Positions 21,180-35,264 of a stretch of DNA of 64,000 nucleotides are shown piece by piece. This DNA comes from Pristiophorus japonicus (taxonomy: Eukaryota): the NCBI RefSeq assembly GCF_044704955.1, contig NC_091984.1:144832001-144896000 (forward strand). Reading direction: 5' to 3'. Numbering within the stretch: position 1 is the first letter of the stretch; the number at the start of each line of letters is the position of its first letter. The position numbers were made by a program, and so were the translations under genes. The notes under the pieces are model-generated. The model worked only from the letters and a program-made list of their open reading frames with translations. It was not told the origin of the DNA and searched no databases.

Positions 21180-24168
21180 GCACCACGACAGATGCGAGAC
21201 TGGTGGAAGAACTTCCTTCTGACTTCGGAAACATCTTCTCCTCCAGCCACTGAGGAGATTCTGCCGACTCCCCTCCCCCCCTCAACAGCAGCAGGCCTTG
21301 AGATCCCCTGCTGCAAGACGTCTTGGTCCCATTACTCGGGGAGTTAAATGGGGTGTTACTACAAGGGGGTGTCAAGGTGCAGGAGGGAAGCATGGCCGCA
21401 GGTAGGGAGGGGGAGGGGTGGTGCAATATAGTCCTTAGTTCTTGTTAAAAATACATTTTTTGTTGAATGTTTACAGTTGGGGATGGTGTGAGGGTGTTGT
21501 TATGTTATTGTTGCGTTACAAATGTTGACGCTTCGGGGTTGAGGTGGTAGGGTTATATATGTTTGTACAAAACATTTTCACATTCTTCTTTAATTATTAA
21601 ACACTTTAATTTAACTTTACAATTGTCCTGAAGTGTCTTCTTATAACATAAGGTAACACATCAGTACAATGGTTGGGAACAATGGCCAGGCCAGCCCAGG
21701 CCAGGCAAGGATGAAACGTAACACAACTGTAACTGTCACCAATATAAGTTCATGCAAAATGTTCATTTATTAGCTGCTGACGCAAGAGGTTTGCAGCTGT
21801 GTAACTTCCACGGGGCTTTTCCAGTGTTGTGGGGGGCGGCGTGGGGGCATGGGTTAATCGCCAGGCTGATTGTCCTCCCCGAGGTCGTCGTCCTCCTCCT
21901 CGTCCTTCTCTTCAGCCTCTCCTCTCTCCTGAGGTGGACCGGCGGTCACATCTGGCAATTGTTGGCCTCCTCTTATAGCTAGGTTATGCAACATGCAGCA
22001 CACCACAATAAACTCAGTGACCTGCTCAGGGTGGTATTGTAGGCTGCCACCTGAATGGTCCAGGCATCTGAAGCATTGCTTAAGCACCCCAATTGTCTTT
22101 TCGATGATATTGCGTGATTACCTGTCGCAATATGGCTTTCATTGAAGCGCTTCTCGGCTTCTCTCTGGGGATTACGCAAGGGGCTCATGAGCCAGCTGGC
22201 AAGGCCATATCCTTTATCCCCCAGCATCCAACCGTGATCTTGTGGCTGACTCTTAAACAGGTCAGAGACAGTGTTCTCACACAAGAAATGCACATCATAT
22301 ATGCTCCCTGGAAAATTAGCATTTACTGCCAGAATTATTTGTTTGTGGTGGACAACGAGCTGCACATTCAGGGAGTGGAATCCCTTTCGGTTTTAAACAG
22401 CTCTTCATTCTGTAAAGTTGCTCTCAGGGCGATGTGCGTACAGTCTATTGCTCCCTGCACCTTGGGGAAGTTTGCTATTCTCGAGAACTCCAAAGCCCTC
22501 TCAGTCTGTGCCTCCCTGGTCATAGGGAAGCTTATAAAGTCACCTGTCGAATGCAACAATGTGTGGCATGCTAAGAGATACCGCAAATGTCGCCAGCAGA
22601 GGCCTGAAAGGAGCCCAATGCGTAGAAGGAAAGTGCCGCAGTAACCCTAACCTCAACAGGCAGTGCAGTCCTGATGGTGCTGGTAGGCTGCAGATCTCCC
22701 TTAATTAGCTGGCATATCTCACTGATGACCTCCTTTCAGAAGCACAGCCTCCCAATGCACGTGTAATTGGACAGAGCCAGGTACGATCGCTTATCAGTGT
22801 ATATGCATTGGGTATAACGTCTCCTCCGGTTAGTCTGACATCAGTAGAGGGGAAAATGTTGAAGTCAATTATTAAGGATAAAATAGCAGTGCATTTGAAG
22901 AGCAGTGACAGGATCGGTCCAAGTCAGCATGGATTTGTGAAAGGGAAATCATGCTTGACTAATCTTCTGGAATTTTTTGAGGATGTAACTAGTAGAGTGG
23001 ACAAGGGAGAACCAGTGGATGTGGTGAATTTGGACTTTCAAGAGGCATTTAACTCGTCCCACATAAGAGATTGGTGTGCAAAATCAAAGTGCATGTTATT
23101 GGGGGTAATGTACTGGCATGGATAGAGAATTGGTTGGCAGACAGGAAGCATTGGTTGCCGAGTCGGGATAAACGGGTCCTTTTCGGAATGGGAGGCAGTG
23201 ACTAGTGGAGTGCCACAAATTCACAAATTGATTCTCCTCACAAGTACCTGAAGCAGCCTTTCAGTACAGATCCTCCGAGTCACAAAATGACGTCCGTAGT
23301 GCCGAGTACTGCCGACTAGTGCGACTTTAGGTCAGGCGAGTGCAGCTTTTCTTCAGCGACTTTTTTGGCCAGCAATCATTTCGGCGACGTATGGGCGAAA
23401 TGCCGAAAGTTGCGGTCGGCGATAATCTGAGCGATAATCTGGCGCAAGTTTCCATTTTCAGCCCAATTTTTGGCCTTGCATGCAGATGATGTCATTTTTT
23501 TTTTTAATTAGGCCGGGCGATGCAGCACATTCATGTGTGCCAAAAGTTGGACCAGCAACAAATGGGCGATAATTGGGCGCTAGTTTCAACTTTTTAGCAA
23601 ATATGGGCGATAGCCTGAATCTTTGCGCTTATATGGGCGATTAATGTTCGCTAAATGGGCGATCAATGGGCGACAAATGAGCGATCAATGGTCAATAAAT
23701 TGGCGATCAATGATCGATAAATGGGCAATCAATGGGCGATAAATGGGCGATCAAAGGGATATCAATGGGCGACCAATGGGCGATAAATGAGTGATAACTG
23801 GGTGATAACTGGTCAATCAATGGGCGATAAATGGCCAATAAATGAGCGATAACTAGGCGATAACTGGGCGCTCAATGGGCGATCAATGGGCGATAACTGG
23901 GCAATAAATGGGCGATCAATGGGCGATCAATGGGTGATCAATGGGTGATCAATGGGCGATCAATGGGCGATAACTGGGCAATAAATGGGCAATAACTGGG
24001 CGATCAATGGGCGATAACTGGGCGATCAATGGGCGATCAATGGGTGATCAATGGGCGATAAATGGGCGATCAATGGGTGATCAATGGGCGATAACTGGGC
24101 GATCAATGGGCGATCAATGGGTGATCAATGGGTGATCAATGGGCCATGATGTGCTGAACGTCTAGCCC
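21180..24168 (-). mobile_element. PIF/Harbinger DNA transposon remnant (HARBI1-like transposase), interrupted by CR1 at ~22810-23215
   Basis: GAIDCTHI, FPGSIYD, LGDKGY, VVCCMLHN in shifted frames (21854-22800). Subterminal repeats and a GGGCTAGA terminus at 24161-24168. Confidence 0.8.
23630..24145 (+). repeat. 11-bp minisatellite (AATGGGCGATC / ACTGGGCGATA)
   Basis: More than 40 contiguous tandem units with no spacers. Confidence 0.95.
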
Positions 24169-24667
24169 ATAGAGTCTTTAACGTAGTAAAACATCCCAAG
24201 GCACTTCACAGGGGTGTTATAAGACAAAAGATATGAATTTATGGCAGATGACAAAAAGCTTGCTCAAAGAGGTAGGTTTTAAGGCATGTTTTACAGGAGG
24301 AGGAGAGAGATAGAGAGGTGGAGAGGTTTAAGGAGGGAGTTCTAGAGCTTGGGGCCGAAGCAGCTGGAGGCACATAGATCAAGAACCCCACAGATTCCTC
24401 GATACTGCACCATTCTGTAATCTCTCTCCATTTCAAGAATTTGCTTTTAATTTTTCCTCCCAAAGTGGATAACCTCACATTTTCCCACAATATACTTCAT
24501 CAGCCAAATTTTTGCCCACTCACTTAGCCTATTTACATAACAACATAAGAAATAGGAGCAGGAGTAGGCCATACGGCCCCTCGAGCCTGCTCCGCCATTT
24601 AATAAGGTCATGGCTGATCCGATCATGGACTCAGGTCCCATTCCCTGCCCGCTTCACATAACCCCTT

Positions 24668-24859
24668 TGTTGTGTATGAATAAGGAGTCTGACTCAATAC
24701 TGTGAGCTCAAAGTAAAGTGCGACCTTAGTCTTTTATTGCAGGTCTCCAGAGTGTCTCTCCAGCCTGTGAGGCCTCCTTAAGTACCTGTGCTCCCAAGGG
24801 ATTGTGTGATGAGCACTCTGGTGGTTACACAAGGTATATACAGGTTTACATATATAACA
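24668..24859 (-). mobile_element. Gypsy solo LTR
   Basis: TGTT...AACA termini, 5-bp TSD CCCTT (24663-24667 / 24860-24864), similar to the LTR at 47386-47608. Confidence 0.85.
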
Positions 24860-27800
24860 CCCTTATTCCCTTATCAGTTAAGTAACTGTCTATCTCTTTC
24901 TTCAATTTATTCAATGACCAGCATCCACAGCTCTCTGAGGCAGTGAATTCCGCAGATTTACAACCCTCATTGTGATTGTGATTGTGATTGTGTTAAGTTC
25001 GTCCCAACCATCCACTATCCACTGTTGGGATATTATTTGTGTCCACTACCGTAAAGACTGACACAAAATATTTGTTCAGAGTTTCTGCCATCTCCATGTT
25101 CCCCATCATTAATTCCCCGGTCTCTTCCTCTCAAGGACCAACATTTAAGTTAGCCACTCTTTTCCTTTTTATATACGTATAGAAACTCTTGCTATCTGTT
25201 TTTATATTTCGTGCTAGTTTACTTTCATAAACTATGTTCACTTTCTTAATCATTTTTTTAGTCATTCTTTGTTGGCTTTTAAAAGCTTCCCAATCTTCTG
25301 TCCTCCCACTAGTTTTGGTCACCTTGTATGCCCTTGTTTTTAATTGGATACCATCCTTTATTTCTTTAGTTAGCTATGGATGGCTATCTTTTTTTTTCAC
25401 CCTTTACAATCACTGGAAAATATTTTTCTTGAGATTTATTAAAATATCTCCTTAAATGTACGTCACTGTTCATCAACCGTCCTAAACTTTAATCTATTTT
25501 CCCAGTCCACTTTAGCCAACTCTGCCCTCATACCTTTGTAGTCTCCTTTATTTAAGCTTTGTACGCTGGCTTGAGATTCAACTTTCTTGCCCTCCATCCG
25601 AATTTGAAATTCAACCATGCTATGATCACTCAGTCCAAGGGGATCCTTTACTGGGAGATTGTTTATTAATACTGTCTCATTATACAGGACCAGATCTAAG
25701 ATAGCCTGCTCCCTGGTTGGTTCCTTTACATACTGCTCAAGGAACCCATTCCTTATGCACTCTACGAACTCCTCCTCAAGTCTATCCTGACCATTTTGAT
25801 TTGTTCAATCAATGTGGAGGTTAAAATCACCCATAATTATTGCTGTTCCCTTTGTACAAATCCCCACTATTTCTTGGTTTATACTCTGACCATCAGAGTT
25901 GCTACTGTTAGGGGGCCTATAGACTATGCCCACCAGTGACTTTTCCCCCTTATTATTCCTTATCTCCACACAAACTGTTTCAACATCCTGATCATTTGAG
26001 CCAATATAATTTCTCACGATTGCAGTGATTCCATCCTTTATCAACAGAGGTACCCCACCTGCTTTTACTTTCTGTCTGTCCTTCCGAATTGTCAAGTACC
26101 CCTGAATGTTTAGTTCCAAGCTTTGGTCACCTTGCAACCACGTCGCTGTTGTGGATATCAGATCATACCCATTTGTAACTATTTGTGCTGACAGCTCATC
26201 TGTTTTGTTACGAATGCTGTGTGTTTCAGATAAAGAGCTTTTAAATGTGTTTTCATACCATTTTCTCCTCCTATGGTCCCAGTTTCTGATACACTCTTTT
26301 GTTTCTATATTCTGTCCCTTCCTGTCACGCACTGGTTTTTGTTTCTCCCAATGCTACCCTGCTCTATTGCCTTGTTCTTTGAGCTTTTAGGTTTCTGCTC
26401 ACCTGAACCCTCCCCGCTATGTATAGCCCTTTGCAGATTCTTTGCGTCCTCCTCACAAATTGCTTTCCCAACTATCTTTGTATCATCAGCAAATTTCGCT
26501 ACATAACACTTAGTCCCTTCATCCAAGTCATTAATATAGATTGTAAATAGTTGAGGCCCCAGCATCGATCCCTGTGGCAGCCCACTAGTTACCGTTTTCC
26601 AACCTGAAAATGGCCCATTTATCCTGATTCTCAGTTATCTGTCAGTTAGCCAATCTTCTATCCATGCTAATATATCACCCCCAACCCCGTGTGTTCTTAT
26701 CTTGTGCAGTAATCTTTTATGTGGCACGTTAACGAATGCCTTCTGGAAATCCAAATACACAACATCTACTGGTTCCCCTTTATCCACCCTGCTCGTTACA
26801 TCCTCAAAGAACTCCAGCAAATGTGTCAAACATGATTTCCCTTTCATAAAACCATGCTGACTCTGATTGACTGTATTATGATTTTCTAAATGTCCTGCTA
26901 CTACTTCCTTAATAATGGACTCCAGCATTTTCCCCAATGACAGATGTTACGCTAACTGGTCTATAGTTTCCTGCTTTCTGTCTCCCTCCTTTCTTAAATA
27001 GGGGCGTTACATTTGCCATTTTCTAATCCGCTGGGACCTCTCCAGAATCCAGGGAATTTTAGTAGATTACAACCAAGGCATCCACTATCTCTGCAGTTAC
27101 TTCTTTAAAGACCCTAGGATGCCATCAGGTCAAGGGGACTTGTCCATCTTTAGTCCCATTTGTTTGCCGAGTACTTTTTCTCCAGTGACAGTGATTGTTT
27201 TAAGAACATATGAACATAAGAAATAGGATTAGGATTAGTCCATTTGGCCCCACGAGCCTGCTCCACCATTTAATAAGATCATGGCTGATCTGATCATGGA
27301 CGCTCCCCATAACCTTTTATTCCCTTATCGCTCAAAAATCTGTCTATCTCCGCCTTAAATATATTCAATGACCCAGCATCCACAGCTCTCTGCGGCAGAG
27401 AATTCCACAGATTTGCAACCCTCTGAGAGAAGAAATTTCTCCACATCTCAGTTTTAAATGGGCAGCTCCTTATTCTAAGACTATGTCCCCTAGTTTTAGT
27501 TTCCCCTATGAGTGAAAATATCTTCTCTGCATCCACCTTGTCGAGTCCCCTCATTATTTTATATGTTTCAATAAGAATCCTCTCATTCTTCTGAACTCCA
27601 ATGAGTATAGGCCCAACTTACTCAACCTATCTTCATGTCAACCCCCTCATCTCCGGAATCAACCTAGTGAACCTTCTCTGAAATGCCTGCAATGCAAGTA
27701 TGTCCTTCCTTAAATACAGAGACCAAAACTGCATGCAGTATTCTAGGTGTGGTCTCAGAGTTGTAGCAGAACTTCTCTGCTTTTATACTCTATCCCCCTT

Positions 27801-28485
27801 GCAATGATTTGCCTTCCTGATTAAGTTCGCCCCTCTCAAAAGCCCCTTGATTATCAATTATTCGGATGTTTCTAGTGTTTTCTACCATGAAGACCAAGAC
27901 AAAATATTTGTTGAAAGTTTCTGCAATTTCCCTGTTCCCCATTATTAATTCCTCAGTCTCATCCTCTAAAGCACCAACGTTTACTTTAACTACTCTCTTC
28001 CTTTTTATATACCTGTATAAGTTCTTATTGTCTGTTTTTATATTTCTTGCTAGTTTACTCTCATAAACTGTCTTCTCTCTATTATTTTTTTTGTTGTCCT
28101 TTGCTGGTTTCAAAAAATTTCCCAATCCTCTGGCTTTCCATTATTCTTCGCAACATTGCATGCTTTTGTTTTTAATTTGACACCATCCTTTCCTTCCTGA
28201 GTTAGCCATGGATGGTTCATCCTTCTCTTAGAGTCTTTCTTTCTCACTGGAATATATCTTTGCTGAGAGTTATGAAATATCTCCTTAAATATTTGCCAGT
28301 GCTTCTTTACTGTCTTACACTTCAGTATATTTTCCCAGTCCACTTTAGCCAACTCTGCCTTCATACCTTTGTAATTCCCTTTATTTAAGTTCAGGACCCT
28401 AGTTTGAGACTAAGGTTTCTCACCCTCAAAATGAATTTGAAATTCTACCATGCTATGATCACTCTTCCCAAGAGGATCCTTTACT

Positions 28486-29455
28486 TTGCCTTCTCCTCCT
28501 TCTTAAGCAGTCCTTCGGTGTTAAGGATGACTTGCTTCCACAATAATATGTGTTCTCAGGTGACTGATGAGTCCAGTGTGGGACCAACAGTCTTTGTCAC
28601 AAGTGGGGCAGATGGTGGTTAAAGGGATGGGTGAGTCGGGTACTTGGGTTGTCATGCACTCCTTCTGCTGTTAGCGCTTGGCTTCCGTTTGCTCCCAGCG
28701 AAGAAACTCGAGGTATTCGGTGCCTTCCCGAATGTCTCCTCCACTTTGAGCAGTCTTGGGACCGAGATTTCCAAATGTCGGTGGGGATGTTACACTATTT
28801 CAAGGAGGCTTTGAGGGTGTCCTTGAAGCATATTGTCTGATCACCTGGAGTTTGCTTGCCATGTTGGAGATCTGAGTAGAGTGCTTGTTTTGGGCGTCTA
28901 GTGTCAGGCATGCGGACGATGTGGCCCAACCATCGGAGCTGATTGAGCGTGGACAGTGCTTCGATGCTGGGGATGTTGACCTGAGTGAAAACACTAATGT
29001 CGATGCGCCTATCCTGCCAATGGATTTGCAGGATCTTGCGGAGGCAGCGTTGGTGGTACTTCTCCAGTGGTTTGAGGTGCCTGCTGTATATAGTCCATGT
29101 ATCTGAAGCATATAGGAGAGCGGGGATCACCACTGCCCTGTAGACCATGAGCTTGGTGCCGGCTATGAGGTCCTGGTCTTCAAACATTCCCTTCCTCAGG
29201 CGACCGAAGGCTGCACTGGCACATTGAAGGCGGTGTTAGACTTCATCATCGTCGTTTGCCCTTGTTGACAGTAGGCTCCCGAGGTATGGAACATGGTCCA
29301 CGTTGTCCAAAGCCTCGTCATGGATTTTGATAATCGGGGAGCAGTACTGTATGGCGGGGGCAGGTTGGTAGAGGACCTTAATCTTACGGATGTTTAATGT
29401 AAGACCCATACTCTCGTACGCTTCGGTGAAGGTGTTGCTGATGGCTTGAAGTTCA
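28486..29455 (-). mobile_element. RTE-clade (BovB-like) LINE 3' fragment inserted in CR1
   Basis: GLTLNIRKIKVL, YLGSLLS, TKLMVYRAVVIPALLYASDTW, HQRCLRKILQIHWQD, QLRWLGHIVRM. Confidence 0.88.
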
Positions 29456-30208
29456 ACTATGATATAATTAATTAATCCAGTCTCATTACACAGTACCAGA
29501 TCTAAAATAGCCTGATCCCTGATTGGTTCCACAATGCATTGTTCTAAAAAACCATCCCGAATACACTCGATGAATTCTTCTTCAAGGCTACCTTTGCCAA
29601 TTTGATTTGTCCAATCAATATGAAGATTGAAATCACCGATGATTGTTGCTGTACCTTTCTTACAAGCCTCCATTAATTCTTGATTTATACTTGGTGCTAC
29701 AGTGTAGCTACTGTTAGGGGGCCTATAGACTACTCCCACCAGTTACTTTTTCCCTTTAATTTTTTATCCCTACCCAAACTGACTCTACATCTTGATCTTC
29801 TGAGCCAATATAATTTCTCACTACTGCACTGATCTCATCCTTTATTAACCCCACCTCCTTTTCCTTTCTGCTTATCCTTCCGAAATGGCAAATAACCCTG
29901 AATATTCAGTTCCCAGCTTTGGTCACCTTGCAACCACGTCTCTGTAATGGCTATCAGATGTATCCCCATGTATTTCTATTTGTGCCGTCAACTCATCTAT
30001 TTTGCGATGCATGCTGCATGCATTCAGATAAAGAGCTCTTAATTTTGTCTTTTTACCATTTTCCCTGCTCTGACCCAACTTTCTGATGCACTTATGTTTA
30101 TATGCTCTGTCCCTTCCTGTCAAGCTTTGGTTATCATTCTCCCTTCAGGTATTTATCCAATTCCCTTTTGGAGGTTACTATTGAATCCGTTTCCACCACC
30201 CGATTGGG

Positions 30209-30345
30209 CAATGTTCCCGTTAAGCTGCGTGGCCATGGTCTGGTCTGGAGGTCCCGCCCAGGCTGCTTGCTGGCTTTTAAATGGAAAAACTGCGCATGCG
30301 CGATTATTTGGGCCGCAACCCAGAAAAATGTTAGCTGGAACATTG
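30209..30345. mobile_element. Short non-autonomous DNA transposon (MITE, hAT-like)
   Basis: Terminal inverted repeats CAATGTTCC...TAA / TTA...GGAACATTG interrupting CR1; a degenerate 8-bp flank duplication is possible. Confidence 0.6.
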
Positions 30346-33300
30346 CTATCAGGCAGCGCTTTCCAAATCCCAACCACTCGGTGCGTAAAAAAAGTTTTCC
30401 CTCATGTCACCTCTGGTTCTTTTGCCAGTTAACTTAAATCTGTGCCCTCTGGTTATCAACCCTTCCACCATTGCAAACAGTTTCTCTTTATTTACTCCAT
30501 CTAAACCCTTCATGGTTTTAACCAATCTTCTCATAGCCTTCTCTGCTCTAAGGAAAACAACCCCAACTTCTTCAGTCTATCCCCGGAACTGTAATCCCTC
30601 ATCCCTGGAACCATTGTAGTAAATCTCTTCTGTACCCTCTCCAATACCATCACTTCCTTCCTAAGGTGTGGTGCCCAGAATTGGACACAATACTCCAGCT
30701 GTGTCCATGTTGCTTCTGACCCCTTTATCCCATCAGCTTCAATTTTGTTAACTTGCCTAATATGTGGTACTTTATCAAATGTTTGAAAGTCCAAAAACAT
30801 ATTATAAGAACATCAGAAATAGGAGCAGGAGTAGGTCATACAGCCCCTCGAGCCTGCTCCGCCATTTAATACGATCATGGCTGATCCGATCATGGATTTA
30901 GCTCCACTTCTCTGCCCGTTCTCCATAACCCCTTATCCCCTTATCTTTTCAGAAACTGTCTATTTCTGTCTGAAATTTATTCAATGTCCCAGCTTCCACA
31001 GCTTTCTGCGGCAGTGAATTCCACAGATTTACAACCTTCTGAGAGAAAAAATTTCTCCTCATCTCAGTTTAAAATTGGCGGCCTCTTATTCTAATTCGCT
31101 CTCTCGTTCTAGTCTCCCCCATGAGTGGAAACATGCTCTCTGCATCCACCTTGTCGAGCCCCCTCATAACCTTGTATGTTTCGATAAGATCACCTCTCAT
31201 TCTTTTGAATTTCAATGACTAGAGACCCAACCTACTCAACCTTTCCTCATAAATCAACTTCCTCATCTCTGGAATCAATCTAGTGAACCTTCTCTGAACT
31301 GCCTCCAAAGCAAGTATATCTTTTCGTAAATATGGAAACCAAAACTGCACACAGTATTCCAGGCCTCACCAATACCCTGTAAAACTTTAGTAAGACTTCC
31401 CTGCTTTTGTACTCCATTGCCTTTGCAATAAAGGCCAAGATTCCATTGGCCTTCCTGATCACTTGCTGTACCTGCATACTATCCTTTTGTGTTTCATGCC
31501 TAAGTATCCCCAGGTCCCGCTGTATTGCAGCACTATGCAATCTTTCTCCATTTAAATAATAACTTGCTCTTTGATTTTTTTCAGCCAAAGTGCATGATCT
31601 CACATTTTCCAACAGCCAAATTTTTGCCCACTCACTTAGCCTGTCTATGTCCTTTTGCAGATTTTTTGTGTCCTCCTCACACATTTCTTTTCCTCCCATC
31701 TTTGTATTGTCAGCAAACTGGCTATGTTACACTCAGTCCCTTCTTCCAAGTCGTTAATATGGATTGTAAATAGTTGGGGTCCCAGCACTGATCCCTGCGG
31801 CACCCCACTAGTTACTGATTGCTAATCTGAGAATTAACCATTTATCCCAACCCTCTGTTTTCTGTTAGTTAGCCAATCCTCTAACCATGCTAATACATTA
31901 CTTCCAACCCCGTGAAACGTAGAAACATAAAAACATAGAAAATAGGTGCAGGAGTAGGCCATTCGGCCCTTCGAGCCTGCACCGCCATTCAATAAGATCA
32001 TGGCTGATCATTCCCTCAGTACCTCTTTTCTTCTTTCGCTCCATCCCCCTTGATCCCCTTAGCTGTAAGGGCCATATCTAACTCCATCTTGAATATATCC
32101 AATGAACTGGCATCAACAATTCTCTGCGGCAGGGAATTCCATAGGTTAACAACTCTCTGAGTGAAGAAGTTTCTTCTTATCTCAGACCTAAATGGCCTAA
32201 CCCTTATTCTAAGACTTGTCCCCTGATTCTAGACTTCCCCAACATCGGGAACATTCTTCCCGCATCTAACCTGTCCAGTCCCGTTAGAATCTTATATGTT
32301 TCTATGAGATACCCTCTCATCCTTCTAAACTCCAGTGAATAAAGGCCCAGTTGATCCAGTCTCTCCTGATATGACAGTCCAGCCATCCTTGGAATCAGTT
32401 TGGTGAACCTTCGCTGCACTCCCTCAATAGCAAGAACGTCCTTCCTCAGATTAGGAGATCAAAACTGAACACAATATTTCAGGTGTGGCCTCACTAAGGA
32501 CCTGTACAACTGCAGTAAGACCTCCCTGCTCCTATACTCAAATCCTCTAGCTATGAATGCCAACATACCATTTGCCTTCTTCACCGCCTGCTGTACCTAC
32601 ATGCCCACTTTCAGTGACTGATGAACTATGACACCCAGGTCTCGTTGCACCTCCCGTTTTCTTAATCTGACGCCATTCCGGTAATATTCTGCCTTTGTGA
32701 TTTTGCCCCCAAAATGGATAACCTCACATTTATGCACATTATACTGCATCTGCCATGCATTTGTCCACTTACCTAACCTGTCCAAGTCACCCTGCAGCCT
32801 CTTAGCGTCTTCCTCACAGCTCACACAACCACCCAGTTTAGTGTAATCTGCAAACTTGGAGATATTACACTCAATTTCTTCATCTAAATCGTTAATGTAC
32901 ATTGTAAAGAGCTGGGGTCCCAGCACTGAACCCTGCGGCACTCCACTAGTCACTGCCTGCCTTTCTGAAAAGGACCCGTTTATCCCGACTCTGCTTCCTA
33001 TCTACCAACCAGTTCTCTATCCACGTCAGTACATTATTCCCAATAGCATGCCCTTTGATTTTGCACACCAATCTCTTGTGCGGAACCTTGTCAATAGCCT
33101 TTTGAATGTCCAAATACACCACATCCACTGGTTCTCCCTTCTCCACTCTGCTAGTTACATCCGCAAAAAATTTCAGAAGATTTGTCAAGCATGATTTCCC
33201 TTTCACAAATCCATGCTGACTTGGTCTGATCCTGTCATTGCTTTCCAACTGCTTTGCTATTTCATCCTTAATAATTGATTCCAACATTTACCCGACCACT

Positions 33301-33419
33301 GATGTCAGGCTAACCAGTCGATAATTACCCGTTTTCTCTCTCCCTCCTTTTGTAAAAAGTGGTGTTACATTAGCTACCCTCCAGTCCATAGGAATCTTGT
33401 GCAGTAACCTTTTATGTGG

Positions 33420-34552
33420 CAGCTCATGGGCTCACATTAAAGCACATGGTGTTGGGGGTAATGTACTGACTTGGATAGAGAACTGGTTGGCAGACAGGAA
33501 GCAGAGAGTCGGGATTAACGGGTCCTTTTCAGAATGGCAGGCAGTGACTAGTAGAGTGCCGCAGGGCTCAGTGCTGGGACCCCAGCTCTTTACAATATAT
33601 ATTAATGATTTAGATGATGGAATTGAGTGTAATATGTCCAAGTTTGCAGATGACACTAAACTGGGTGGCGGTATGTGCTGTGAGGAGGACACTAAGAGTG
33701 ATTTGGACAGGTTAGGCGAGTGGGCAAATACATGGCAGATGCAGTATAATGTGGATAAATGTGAGGTTATCCATTTTGGGGGCAAAAACACAAAGGCAGA
33801 ATATTATCTGAATGGCAGCAGATTACGAAAAGGGGAGGTGCAATGAGACCTGGGTGTCATGGTTCATCAGTCATTGATGGTTGGCAGGCACGTACAGCAG
33901 GCGGTGAAGAAGGCAAATGGTATGTTGGCCTTCATAGCAAGGGGATTTGAGTATAAGAGCAGGGAAGTCTTACTGCAGTTGTACAGGGCCTTGCTGAGGC
34001 CTCACCTGGAATATTGTGTTCAGTTTTGGTCTCCTAATCTGAGGAAGGACGTTCTTGCTATTGAGGGAGTGCAGCGAAGGTTCACCAGACTGATTCCAGG
34101 GATGGCTGGACTGACATATGAGGAGAGATTGGATCAACTGAGCCTTTATACACTGGAGTTTAGAAGGATGAGAGGGGATCTCGTAGAAACATACAAGATT
34201 CTGACTGAACTGTACAGGTTCGATGCAGGAAGAGTGTTTCCACTTTTGGGGAAGTCCAGATCCAGAGAACACAGTCTTAGAATAAGGGGCAGGCCATTTC
34301 GGAAGGAGGTGAGGAGAAACTTCTTCACTCAGAGAGTTGTTAACCTGTGGAATTCCCTGCCACAGAGAGTTGTTGTTCATTGGATATGTTCAAGAGGGAG
34401 TTAGATCTGGCCCTTGCAGCTAAAGGGATCAAGGGGTATAGAGAGAAAGCAGGAAAGGGGTACTGAAAAAATGATCAGCCATGTTCTTATTGAATGGTGG
34501 TGCAGGCTCGAAGGGCCTATTCCTGCACCTATTTTCAATGTTTCTATGTTTC
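33420..34552 (+). mobile_element. CR1 3' portion (duplicated at 54838-55845)
   Basis: ORFs 33397..33846 and 33859..34404 carry RT and C-terminal motifs plus the 3' UTR. Confidence 0.9.
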
Positions 34553-35264
34553 TATCCTCATCCACCCTCTGTTACCTCATCAAAAAATGCAATCAAGTTA
34601 GTCACATGATTTGCCCGTAACCACTAGGCGCTGCCTCTCCGTTATTGGTCCGTGCTTATCCACATGGCTGCTCATTTTCTCGCGGATTATTGACCTTGAA
34701 GCTCCCTCACCATAATGTTAAACTGACCGGCCTGTCATTGGCAGCTTTATCCCTCTCCCCTTTTTTGAACAAGGGTGTAATATTTACAATCCTCAGTCCC
34801 CTGGCCCCTGTATCTAATGAGGATTGGAAGATTGTGGTCCGCCACTCTGCACTTTCTACCTTTCCCTCAGTATCCGAGGATGGCTCCTGTCCACACCGGG
34901 TTATTTATCCACTTTAATTATTTCCATCCTTTCCAGTACCTCCTCTTTATCTACTTTTATCATCCAGTATCCCAACAGCCTCCTTGTTTACTGTAGTTTG
35001 GAAAAAGTCCCCTTCCTTGGTAAACACTGGTGCACAGCGTCATTCAGTACCTCAGCGATACCTTCTGCCTCCACCAATCGATCTGTATTGTGCTCCCTAA
35101 TCGGCCCCACTGCACCTCTGACAACCCTTTCACTGTTAATATGCCGATCGCCGTCCCGTCCGTTGTTCTCCAAAAGGAACACTGAGGTGCTGCCCCAGGG
35201 TAGTGGCAGGGGCTACATGGAGCAAGAACATGTGTCTTCTCTCAGGCTGTGAGCATTCGTCCTG

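Larger units (their letters stand above)
24390..33395 (-). mobile_element. Pile of at least five nested or fragmented CR1 copies, all minus strand
   Basis: Repeated APE and RT motifs and multiple CR1 3' ends (e.g. 24540, 27205, 30805, 31920). Confidence 0.88.

Noticed and set aside
23630-24145. CRISPR-like array
   Set aside because: Contiguous tandem units without unique spacers in a eukaryotic context.
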